64,000 nucleotides of DNA from Phoronis australis (taxonomy: Eukaryota > Animalia > Phoronida): contig NMRA01000010.1 of assembly GCA_002633005.1 (NCBI GenBank), positions 1,804,516 to 1,868,515 of the forward strand, read 5' to 3'. The notes beneath the pieces are model-generated. The model did not search any database and had not been told where the DNA came from. It saw only the letters and a program-made list of their open reading frames with translations. Numbering within the stretch: the first letter of the stretch is position 1; each line of letters begins with the position of its first letter. Below, piece after piece: positions 39,604-51,759 of this stretch. The translations under genes were made by a program, and so were the position numbers.

Positions 39604-40973
39604 GATAGACGGGATCAAAAATTTGTTTAATATAACTGGCATGCAAACCTGTTTTCAAAATTTGACTACTTGTAACATAGCAAATGCTAGAAACAAACTA
39701 TTTGAATACTCGAAACATGCTTGGGCTGAGTCTGTTGTAACAAACTACATTTTATTTAAGCACGAGTTTTTAAGTAAACCATATGTAAAGCTTAATTTAT
39801 CTCGTTCCGTGCGATCTGTTTTGGCTCAGCTTAGAGCAGGAAATCTCTCATTGCACTGGTCGTTATGTTAACGCTTCTGTAAATGAAAGACTTTGATTTT
39901 GTTGTGATTCTGGCTCTGTGGAGGATGAGCTACACTTTGTGTTTGATTGTTCTCTTTATAACTCACGGAGGTCTACTCTGTTTAATAATGTTTCACTTCA
40001 AATCCCTAACTTTGTAGATTTCAGTAGATTAGATACGTTAAAACTGATGTTTCAGTATTTCCGTAGGGAATTTGCCAAACAAATCAAGTCTGCTTTTGAA
40101 CTTAGAAACCGACGCATTTTTGGTAGGCCTACATCTGAGTTGTGTGGTTAAAGTGACTAATAAGCCCAACTGGGCTGGATACTTGTCTTTTTACGAATGT
40201 TATACCTATAACTGTTTGAAAAAATTGTGCTTGTCACTATAATAAATAAATACATTACAATACAGAGACAAGTCAAAACCGTACTACATACCATAATTTT
40301 AAAATGAGGCATTGTAGACGCAAATGACGCCGAGACACGGGCCGCTGTGACTACGAAAGAACAGACTAAAATCTTTGATGTTATGTCAAATTTTGTTCGA
40401 TTCGTTTGACTTTATTCCATCTGACTAGATCAAAATCGACGCGGGTTTCTTCGTCAAGTTAACAATACATCGTAGTATTTAATGAGTCGGCTATTCACAC
40501 AAACAAAAAATTGACAAAGAAGAAAGTTTCTGGTGACTGAAAATCGGATACCTCCTGTTCCCAAATGTCAAAGACTTTTTTTCAAAAAATGACATTTCCC
40601 AATATTTTCAAACGTGTACGGACAGTGCAGATCTGCAGACAATAGGTGGTCTTGGAAATAGTTAAAGAGAATTTCAATATCGTAGTTTATGCAAAATATA
40701 GCTGAAAGACAGTATTCACGAAACCTCCTTAGGATTGAAAGAATTCATGGAGAGGAGTTGTTTTAATTGATCATGTTCAGATTAGGAAAGGTCGAATATT
40801 ACTCATTACGTTCACGTGCTTACAAAGAGTAAAATAATATTTCTGATGACTGTTCAAGAAAATAGGCCTACATAACATAATGTCATATTCCGAAAACCAA
40901 GTCTTTATTTGCCTGAAGTTTTTCAAATAATGCTTGATGACTTCCATAGCATTTGCATGATCATGTCACTTTT

Positions 40974-43900
40974 ATGCGAACAATATTTCAGTTGTTCAGT
41001 GAAGCTGTTGAGCACACGTCTGCAGAAAACGTCGCTTTTGATGACATAGCGAGCACAAGAAAGAATGCGGTTAGGGCCGTAAGTCTTCCCCTGACTACAG
41101 TGACGAGTATCTCCATGAAACTCCCGCAGGTGTCGTTTGACTTCATCCAGTTGCTGAAGCCTGTGTCTCTAGTCCAGTTCTTTATTAGCGGCGTAAAATA
41201 TATGACAGATGCTTTGATGGCGAGGAATTTCAACCTACTGAACCGTCTCTCTCGTTCTTTCCCGCTGTATTTCCAAAGAATTGGATTTCAAATCCGTCGT
41301 CAAGTGGGCGTATACTACGGCGAGTTTTGTTGTAATGTGCGTGGCGTCAAATTAAAAATGAAGTATCGAACAATATCGTGCATCACCAAAACAAGGATTG
41401 CGATTCAACGAACTGTGTTGAAGGACGGCATCATACACCGAACAACATCGTGCTTCGCTTCATTCACTCCGTCATTCGTATTGGATGCACGATGGATCGT
41501 CATGGGGAGGTCCAAGACTTGTGTCGTAAGGAAAATGATATCGCACAAGCTCAGGAAAGTCAAGTCTTGCTTCCCCAATGTATTGTATAGACCGTTTGAA
41601 TTTACATGCTTTCGAAGAGTCAAATCATGCGTCTCAAATTCATTCCGCCGAGCGCTTGGATTTAAGAGCAGCTTCGGAAGACATGGCACGTTTAATGTAC
41701 CCAAACATCGCAGACGTCGCTGCTCGTCGGGGCAAAACCAGCGGCGCAGACAAATGCGTTGTTTTACCATGCCTGTTCGGCGTAACCGGAGATTGGTAAT
41801 CCGAAGGAACTCTCGTAAGAGCTTGTCCAACAGGCAGCTGTCTGTAGAAAACTGGGTCCCTTATTACGCAAGATCGCCGATAGCTGTTATACAAGGGGCA
41901 GCGAAGCCACACTCTATGGTTACTAACGTGAAACAAAACTGTAGGCCTATCAGGAAACGGACGCCAAAGACGGCTTATCTGCCAGAGAGATCATTCAGGT
42001 AATTTTCCAGTGAAGGGCACGATGATTTTGAGTAATCTCGGCAGTTGTAATACCTTCGATGTTGCGTGGCAAACAGACACACAATACGGGGTCAAAACAA
42101 AACATTAGGCCCTATCATGGAGCAGGAGGCCTTGCATATCGCAAAACTGTCCCGCTAGAAAACGGGAGGCTGCAAGGATCGTTAGTAGAGCTACCTCCTT
42201 CTTCTGTCCTATGCAAATAAGGGCTCCCTAGGATTCTAAGATCGGCCAGTGCATTTGCTTCTTAGGTAAAAAGGCCCACATATGTGCTACTGGCAATAAC
42301 ACAGACCTTCGGTTTAGGTTTTCATTAATTTGTATAATTAGTGCAAGAATATTTCTCTTGTGAATTTTTCTTTTCATTTCAATATGTTTTGTAGCTGTAT
42401 GCTTTACTATGACTAATGTCATTACTGAAGGCGGCTTATTTTTACAAGCTTAGCCTATCGTTTGCATTTCAAAATATGCATATTTAATAAATTGTGCTGT
42501 GCCTCACAATCTGAGTTTCAACAATTTTCACTGATGACTCATTCTTCATTTTTTATTGTTTTTCTATTATATCGCTTTTTGTTAATTTATAACTTATTTT
42601 TTAGTCATGATCACATGCAGTTTGGTTGCTATGCTCTGTATTAATATCAAATTGTCCACGGTGCATCTAGAACCATCTGTGCTGTGTGCTTCTTCATATT
42701 TTTCGTATCACGGCTCTGAATATATTATCTCTAAACGAGTTTTTCCCTCTTCACAGTTACCAAATGCGAGACGACGGCGATTTCTCCATCGTCGGCATAG
42801 GACGTTCGGGCTATGTCTATCTTGGGAATTTCTTAAATGTCGCTACGGGTATTGAGCAAAAAGCTTGTATAAAAAACTACCTCTACGACAACACGGAAGC
42901 TGTAGCTGAGGTGGAGTACCAGTGTCTACAGGTCCTTGCTCCCTACAGATGCGTCCCCAAACCCTTTGGGATGTTTCTGACACCAACGGCAGACGAGGAA
43001 GATACGCCGACACTTGGAATCGTCATGGAATTCATAGAAGGCTCTACACTCGCTGATTACATAGACGAGCGTCTTAAAAATGGTGATGAGGTGGCGATGC
43101 CGATTCCCGAAATTGTGAAGGTCTTACTGAAAGCCGCTAAAGCAGTCCATTGTGCCCACAAGAGAGACATACTGATCAATGATTTCCACACCGAGAATGT
43201 GATGGTGGAACGAGCAACCAAAAACGTGAAACTGATTGATTTTGGTCATGCAACAATTAAGAAAGGTTATTGGTTAGTATTTTTTTTAAATTTAAAGTGG
43301 CATCAAATTCGTGATTTTTGTCAAAGTAAGATTCAGTTTGGGCCAGGTAGCATTGTAACAGTGGTCTCACATTGTTTCTTGGTCAAAGGTGATTTGTTCG
43401 AAGGAACTGGACGTGCGTTATGGCTTGTGACCAAGCTCATAAATGTTCAGGGCACTCTGTGGCCTGAATATGATCTGATATTAGTCTGAAGAAATTACGT
43501 TTTGTCAGTTTTTCTCGAGCCCAACGATCATTTCTAAACTGAGCGAGGACCTATGTAAGTTTGAGCTCATTTTGTATGGGCAAGTGTTTTAAATCAAAAC
43601 ATGTTTTTGGCAGAAAGCACGGCTTTAGTGCCGTCTTAAAGAGCCAACGATGTTTCGAAATATTGCTCTTTATTTGACTTCGTAACGGAAATCGTGATTG
43701 TGGCAGAGCCTGGTTATTTATGTGGCTATTTTAAAGACATGTGTCGTATTGCTGACTTATAATTTCAAGACAGAAATTCAATTATTTTTCAATTGATCAC
43801 TTTCTCATTTAGGCTACAAGCATTAAACAAATCAAAATTGGGTGCTTGTACAAGTATTGCGTTTGCAATATTTAGTTAGACCGGACCATTGGGGAGGTTT

Positions 43901-44554
43901 TGTACGTTCGTGATTGACGGACTATTTACTGTTGAGGCTCAACTTGCTTGCAGTATAACTTGCTGTCTCGTGACCTAATACATCTTGGCCGGGCTTTGGA
44001 ATCACACTGGCTTGCCACGGCAGATTGTTTTGTACGCTGCCCTTTGTTTTAACAACTAGTACAAGATTAGTTCTCTCTGCCATTCCTAGAAACCGTTTGA
44101 ATACTCACTGGAAAGTGGTCTAAAGCAAAAATTACTATCACTGACAGCACGCTCTTAAACAACTTTTAGACAACTTGTTACGATAAGACGCCTCTCGGCT
44201 CTTTCATTAATAGTGGTTTTTACACAGTCTCTACTGGAAGTTGTCTTTTCATTCAGCTACGGTGTCTTTGCTCGCCGAAAGTGGAGTCACCTGGCGCCAG
44301 AGGTGCAAGATGGTGAGATTACCTCGGTACGGACGGACATCTACTCGTTCGGAACAGCCATTGTAGCCATTTGCCACGCCGTGCGGAAGCGAATGCCAAT
44401 CATTTACCTCAACGTCGTCAATGAGCTTTTAGATTTTGGCCAACAATGCCGGTCTGAAGATGTCAACAATCGACCAAGAAATATGTTGTCTGTCGTAAAG
44501 AAGATTAAGAAACTTTCAAGGACGGCGACTATGATTCAAAAACTGTTCCCGTAA
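40974..44554 (+). CDS. Ser/Thr-type protein kinase with Arg/Lys-rich N-terminal extension (~612 aa, intact copy 3)
   Basis: Exons 40974-41998, 42757-43272, 44257-44554 are joined in frame by phase-2 GT-AG introns. Motifs: GIGRSGYV, ACIK, aC-Glu, MEFI, INDFHTEN, DFG, APE, DIYSFG, NNRP. The start codon is inferred. Confidence 0.85.
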
Positions 44555-45249
44555 TTTAATACGGAATCTGTTTCAGTTCTGTTTTTTCAATATTTATGGT
44601 AATAAATGACTTGAACAAAATTTAATTCTTTGCAATGTTTTTTTTACACGAGAATATTGCGTGTTTCAAGGAGAAGCGTTTCAATGATTGTAACGCAGTA
44701 GGCATCATCGTCATCATCGTCATCATCATCGTCACCACTATAGTCGTCTCCACTTTACAGTCGTCCACGTTATGATAGAGCAAGCCAGTAACACCACAGT
44801 CGATTGTTTATGGTATGTGCTTTTTACCGAAGGTTTCGATAATGCTGTGACGGCAGAAGTAGTCACGAGAAAATAAAACGAGGGTTTAACACTACTGCCC
44901 TCTGACTTGTGTTGGTGGGTAAACTGCAAAGAGACAAATGAAAACTACTAAATACAATTATTCCCACACATTTCGGTGGCAGAAGTTACTCATTTATTAT
45001 GTTCACGAGTACAAGACTGTTGAGAATATTATACAATAAAAATGAAACGCTATTTTTTATACTTCATCACGGTAGTAAATAATCTCTATGTAAAGGTAAA
45101 CTTACGTCAAAATGACCCCTATGCAATATATGTTGAAATCCGAAGTGTGACTAAACATCTGAAGGCTCATGATAAAGGTGGCGTTCAAACTTACCTTCAA
45201 ATCGTTAACTTATATCGGTTTTACGAGAAACTAATACTCTGCCGGTCAA

Positions 45250-45355
45250 CACACCAAGACAAGCACACGCACGAACACACACACCCACCCACCCAGCCAC
45301 ACTCACATACGTACACACACACAAACACACAAAAGCGCGCGCGCGCACGCCCACA
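45250..45355 (+). repeat. Degenerate (CA)n with (GC)6 microsatellite
   Basis: CACACAC.. runs and GCGCGCGCGCGC. Confidence 0.85.
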
Positions 45356-45564
45356 CCTAAGAAATAAAATACAGGAACGTATCTTGAAACTTGGATCTTG
45401 TAGCACCAAGAGTAAACAAAAATGTTAAGCCAAACAATTACACAAAAACTTTGACACTTTGAATGAGTTAGAAAAAATATATGCGTCTTTAATCAAGCGG
45501 TTAGAAGAGATTGCGATTGATTGATTTGACATCGACTGACCACAAATATAATACAATACCTCAC

Positions 45565-46110
45565 ATTCAATCAATTTATTTCTGAAATAAAGGCCATAGG
45601 CCCACCGTACAAAAGAGCAACTTGTAACATACTTAAGAGTGCAGCAGAGCTATCACGGAGATAAAAAGCATAAGATACAGATTTACAATAGAGTAACTAA
45701 TTCAGCATCATCACCAGTAGCGCACTTCAATAAAATTTTCTCTCAGTTCAGAATATTTATCACAGCTTAGAAGGATATAATACTCGTCCTCCACAATATT
45801 GGCTTGCCCTATTGAAATTCAAGTGCCTGCCTACCTTAATCATGAGACTGTGACTGGAACAACGAAAACGTTCCATGGACATAATATGTGCATGGGGTAT
45901 ACTCAAACCTAAAAAGTCCAATTTGAATTCATTTTAACTTGATTATAAATACACAGTTTAAGGATTACTCTCAACACTTTGTCTCCATCCTTGCAAATAA
46001 CAATCCCCTATTCGCTGTCTAAAAACTAGCAAAAAAGTATTTTCACAGGCAACGCCTTGTTTTAACCAAACTTCGTGGAATCCATAATTTGACAATATGA
46101 TGTGGCCCAA
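45565..46110 (-). mobile_element. Decayed LINE 3' fragment within a copy-3-specific ~1.9-kb insertion (~45125-47070)
   Basis: LSNYGFHEVWLKQGVACENTFLLVFRQRIGDCYLQGWRQSVESNP; 3' end GGCCTATGGCC..AATAAATTGATTG. Confidence 0.75.
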
Positions 46111-46509
46111 TTTCGGGAGTATATAATACAACGATGTACAAAGACTGATGGAGACTGGAGTAAAAACTTTAACTAAAACGCACAATAACTATAAAGATGA
46201 CAAGAAAAAGTAATTACTTATTTCCATCGTGGTCCATCCTGTATAGTAACATTAATATTAGAAAAAAGTTGAATATTATTATAGACACTTATCTTGAGTT
46301 CACACAAAACTAGAATGGAAATGAGAAATAAATTTCGGGCCCAGAAGGGACCTTAATTTGAAGACACAGTCACATTTCGCTTCAATGGTATGTCTTAGAT
46401 ACGTTACCAAAGAAGTTCTAAATTACTTTTAAAGTATAAATACTTAAACAAGAAAATTGTACTTTTAAATCATTGGTGTGCGCTAAAGTAATAACCAGAT
46501 GTCCAGATC

Positions 46510-46840
46510 ACATTATTACGTATTTTTCTAAAACCAGTGATTTCTCACAAAGATCGACAAATTTTCCACAAAACAAACTTTTCACACGAGACCTCAGAGT
46601 TTAGTTTCCTTATTCCATTGGCTAAAAAATCGTATCTAGGATTTTTTAGCCCGAGCGCTCTATTGTCACAAACCAAGACTTGAATCCGTCAAGGAATGTT
46701 GACGCCTTCATTTTAGACACCGACGTTCTAAAGCTAAAAGGCACTGAAAGAAAATCCCAGACACGGTTTTTGTAGCTAACAAAATCAAGAAACAAAATTT
46801 GCAAGTTTTCACGCATAAATCACGTTTGTTGTGAAAATTA
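46510..46840. mobile_element. Old palindromic MITE-like element (related half at ~62570-62700)
   Basis: GCTAAAAAATCGTATCTAGGATTTT pairs imperfectly with AAAATCCCAGACACGGTTTTTGTAGC; similar sequence occurs in a CFAP69 intron. Confidence 0.4.
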
Positions 46841-47544
46841 CAACGATATAAGTGGAAACTGTAATCATTTTGAACATCCGGGCATTGATTTGTACGTGAA
46901 TCAATTTAAAGATTTGGTGTTCTTCAAGGATTTTAAAAGCATGTAGTTTTTATGGGTCTACTATAAATAAGAACCTAACAAATCAGCTCTGGAATCTCAA
47001 AATGTAACGAATGAGCTACACGAAGCATACGTGAGAGTGACCTGCTCGGAAAAGATTGTGAACACACGTGCAGACTTTACACTACTCTTCCTAATGTTGT
47101 AATATTGACCCAAATGTTGCAAAGACGAAACATGTCATACTACTACTTCACATAGACATGTGTGCGAATTGTTGGAGAAAATAAATTTCCAGTTAAATGC
47201 TTAGGAAAGAGTATAGGGGTAAGAAAAGGATTCGCGTAACCTTTCACATGGCTGGCAGCATGTAGCTTAGTTTGAAAGTTGGATGTATTTATTTTCAATC
47301 GGTTGCGAGAGACACTTACGATCCTCGTGAACAGCTGATTCTGTCAGGCTTGTAGAAGAGCCAATGGCCGTGGCACCGTCACGCAATTATTTGTTGCGAG
47401 TACGTGATTGGTTAATATACATAAAGGTTATAAAAACAATGCGATGACGTGTTCAAGTTTTGTTGTCACACATTGAAAGGGATACATCGTTAGGACAAGT
47501 TAAGAGTATTAAGGGGTTGGCAAACGAGGAAAATCACACGTTCA

Positions 47545-50500
47545 ATGAAGCTACATCTGACGAGAGACCTCTCGTTGTCAAAACAGAGTTCGTGCCGTGC
47601 TGTGATGGTCAGCACGTCGACAGAAAACGGCGATATGCCAAATTCCCAGACTTTTTCTGGGGAGCCCCATATCATGAAGCCAGGGGTTATCTCCACACCT
47701 TCTGATACCCAGAGGAGCGCGGGTGTTTGCAAAGAAACTGAAGAGGTAAAGAATTATTTGAAAAGAATTGAAGACTTGAAGAAGGAAAATCGCAAGATGA
47801 AATCTGAAATGGAAATTGTCCAGAAAGACAGGGACGCAAAGAAACGTCAACTTAGAGCTTGTCGAAACAAGTCTCGTGAGTGTGTTAGCTATTTCACCTT
47901 CTGATTGTCTCGGATGATACGCTGAGAAACCAGACGTGCATCAGAACATTTCGTATAAATGTCACTTATAACGCCGGTAATTTTATTGAAAGATCCTTGA
48001 TACTGTGAGGACGCCGATGTAGACTACGAACATGAAATTCAACTATTAGTATTGAAAAATTGCATAACGATAAAAGAACTCATAGACAAACATTTTGTTT
48101 AAATGTTTACATTACTATCGTCCATTAACTTGTTTACATTTTTCAGAGGGTTTACGGGAGAAGCTCGACGAATGTAGAAAGGATATGGACCTGATGCATA
48201 AACGTTCACTTGAAAATTATGGTAAGTTGTATGTAGCTAGTGGCCCACGAAGTACAAGGTGTCGACGAAATTGGTCACATGAATTAAATGTGCCGTATCA
48301 CTGCTCACTGGTGCACGTTGATGTGCCCTGTACTCTTGAAAATGCAAATTCATTAGGGGCTTGTTTCAGTTTTTCCTATAGTTTCATCAGTTAAATGTTT
48401 TCAACCTTGTTTGCATTCTCTTTTATAGATGAAGTCGTACTTAAATATGAAGAAGAACATCAAAAAGTTCAAGGACTGCAGATGACGCTGGCGTTGACGC
48501 AAGAAAGGTTGGAGGAGCAGACGACAATTGTTGAGCAAATGTGCACAGGTATTTGATTGGTTACTACGTGTTATCTGCGCGTGCGTAACTATGGTGATGC
48601 AACTAATTGGGGTGACAAACAGTTGATACAGACGTTAGTGATTCTAATCAAGTCGAAATTTTGACAAAGTCTTTTTCGACATACCCTATAGTAAAAAGTG
48701 CGCTTTCATAAAAATGTTCTATATATTCGATTTTTGAGCACGTGCTCCTCCGTTTTGTACATTTTAAGTCATTTCGAATAAATTAAAACCTCGTCTGCAC
48801 AAAACATTAATTATAGATTCTGTGTCTTTTGCACGAACAAGGCGTCGAACACTATGACCTCATGTTAAACTTTATGATTGTCTCCTCAAATGCGCGGTTC
48901 TACACACGCCCATTGTTGTACGTAAACCTGCTAATCCCAGACGCGTTTCGCTGTTTTTTGCGTAGCTCCGCCAGAAACTCTCCGTTCATTAACGTGTAAA
49001 TTTCCTTCGCAGACGGTGCCGCAAAATCCGAAGAACGCCTGAAAGAAAAGTGCGACCTTCAGGTGGCGCTGACGACGATGACTCGTGAAAAGCAAAGTGA
49101 GCTGATTTTAAGAGAAGAGCCAACATGGACAGGTACATCACTGATTTATGCATCCCGCTACCTATGCATACTGGTGTGTAGCACTTCGTTTTTCAATGAT
49201 AAAATGAATTGTGGAATCGTTGTCTATTACAAAATACACAAAAGACGTTTGCTCGAGGGCATTCATTACATGTAAAAATGTGTGTTTGAACATTGTGTCA
49301 TCTTCAACAAAATGTCCACGTCAATGGTTGTTGCTGGTTAAAGACATTGAAGTAATTTTGTATCGAACTATAATTATATCCTGTTGTTTTTGATCGAGTT
49401 GTGGTTAACTTGGGAAATATAGCGATTAAAACGAGTTATTTCCCTGCAGGAGAGCTCGTGTCGCAAACAAGAGTCAACAACAAAATGACTGAAGACATTA
49501 AATCCGTGTTAGCCGAAGAAAAAGGCCAGTTTCGAGCTACAGACACCACAGACGATGAGAATAGTAAACGCCTGCAACAAACAAATGGCTTACACTTAGC
49601 TTTGAGAAAGAACATGGAGAGAGTTGGCAAGATGTCCGATCATTTAGCTACCCTCACCCAGTCGGTTGAAGAACTGATACCTGAGTTGTTCTCAATGTCC
49701 AAGAAGTGCGAAGTTCAGCAAAACCTCATTGCTGCGCTAGTAGCGAAAAATGCTGTCTTAGAAGCGGACATGTCATCTCTTGCTTTGGAAAAAGTTGCGG
49801 ACGAAAAAGGTCGCAAGTTTTTGTTAGCAGCCACCGTTATTTGTGCGTTATGTAAAGACATGGAACTCAAGCAATCAAACGACGTGATTCGTCGCTTGAA
49901 CCACGAGCTGGGACAGTTTAAACAAAATCAAATTGAGCTTGAGAAGGAAAATCTAAGAAAAGATTACGCCATCGAGACGCTCCAGAAGTGTCAGTTTGAA
50001 ACGATTCTTCAAAAACGTAAGAAGCTCAAGCCTAATACCACCGTTAGAGAGGGAGACTCAACTGAAAGGTGCGAGAAAATATATCACCTAGTCAATGAAT
50101 TAGCTGAACAGAAGCGCCACGCGAATGGCTTACGTGAAGAACTTGAATTGCGCTCTCGAGAAATTAACAAACTAAGCCAGAGCCAGCACGTACAAAACGT
50201 ACAGATAGAGAAATATGTCAGTACCATTATGGGCCTGAAAGAGGAAAATTGTCAACTGAAGTCCCGGATGGAGACTCTTCAGGAGCATAGTGAAGGACTG
50301 GATCGGCAAGTTGGAATTTTGCGAGAGACAGCGAGTAAGTTACACGTGAAATTGTTCAGAGTTTATGACATAAATTAGTGCATTTTGCAAGGGATACAAT
50401 GGTTCTATTGAACATTGTCAATACTCCAATACGTAAACACTGAGCACATAAAAAACAAGGAATAGACTTTTTAACATCGGGCACTGACGATTCAATAGCG

Positions 50501-51239
50501 TTTTAAAAACTTGCTATGGGAAAGCATGTAATTGCACACAAGTGCCGCAACGATGAGTTATTTAATCAGATGTTCCATTCTATACTTTATCGGACAGAAG
50601 TGTGACAATTAAACCTTCATTTCAGGAGACTTTCAGCTCAAACTTGAAAGAACCAGGATGGATACGAAGGCAAAATATAAAACATCACCACACCGTCCTT
50701 CAGGAAACACGGTACGCCAAAACCACGGTAGGTAAACGTCACCAGTTTTTGAAATTTAAAATAAGTAATTAAATAAACATATTTTATACACAGTTTACAG
50801 TACACCCATACGCACGTTTGAACGCACAAATACATCGTGTGCATTGCATCAAAATGTATGCTTACTTCCCCACGCGTAAAAGATTTGATTTATCCCAGAA
50901 CCCATGTGTTTCGAAAGGACATCCGGACATTCATTTAATATTGGGTCCGAATGTTGAAATTCAAACCAGACAGACTCTCTTTTTTCTGCTACACGCACAA
51001 GAATCTCTCTGAATATTCCAACTGTGTCGACTTGACTCGTAAGGCCCAACTATTTTTCTTTTCAGTAAGTTTTGTAACTTCATAATTCACCGAGTTATAA
51101 ATCTATGATGTCATTTATTGAGATGTGCATGTAAAATGAATGAAACCATTTCTTTCCAGGGCAAATGCCAACTGCGGCTGAAGGTGTTGCATCACTTACG
51201 TCATCGGTCCAAACCTTTTCGCGTCGTTCGGCGGCTTGA
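47545..51239 (+). CDS. Orphan coiled-coil protein, copy 3 (7 exons, 570 aa, intact)
   Basis: Exons 47545-47875, 48147-48221, 48429-48548, 49013-49132, 49450-50334, 50626-50727, 51160-51239; all introns phase-1 GT-AG; AATAAA at 51333. Alternative start at 47605 (GTGATGG). Confidence 0.82.
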
Positions 51240-51759
51240 GAGCACCCTCGCAAACTTAACGCAAGAGGGAATTTGTGTTTTACGATTTTCTATTATTTCT
51301 TGTTATCATACTGACATTTACTTGTTTTGTCCAATAAATGTTTAAATATTATTATGATTCCGTGTCAATATACCATTAAAAAATTTCTCGTCGAAAAGCA
51401 AGATGAATACCCTCAACTGAACGAAGCAGTCAACGTTTCTCTCGTGATTTGGGCCCATTATTTATGATAGACATATCACTCTTTATAAAACATAAATGAT
51501 ACTTGCACCGGAAGGTAGATCACAGAGATGAGACCGAGGTAGGTGATATAAGGTCATTTATTATGACGAAATACGATTACAGGGAATACGATAGAGCATA
51601 CAAAATAGTTATAAGTAAAAGTAATGACCTCTGGTTAGATGCCACAAAAGGTTTTGTTAGGCAGTTCCCCTTTCCGTTTTCCCTCTTGCTCGTTTTTGGC
51701 TTACACTGGAGACCTTTGCGATTTACAAATCGACAAAAACGTCGCATCTTAAGAGACAC

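Larger units (their letters stand above)
35443..40262 (+). mobile_element. 5'-truncated, decayed non-LTR retrotransposon (APE endonuclease + reverse transcriptase + C-terminal Cys-His), interrupted at ~38090-39603
   Basis: APE motifs CYFPPEGS, GDFNART, PDHS. RT motifs IIIPIPK, NYRGISLL, QNGFR, FLDIKKAFD, GVHQG, LLYADD (~37425), YKYLG. C-terminus EDELHFVFDCSLY; AATAAATAAA tail at ~40241; many stops and frameshifts. Confidence 0.92.

Noticed and set aside
40988-41936. Minus-strand ORFs opposite the basic exon (also 9649-10635 and 23772-24557)
   Set aside because: Fragmented shadows; the plus-strand frame is open for over 1 kb and splices in phase to the kinase.
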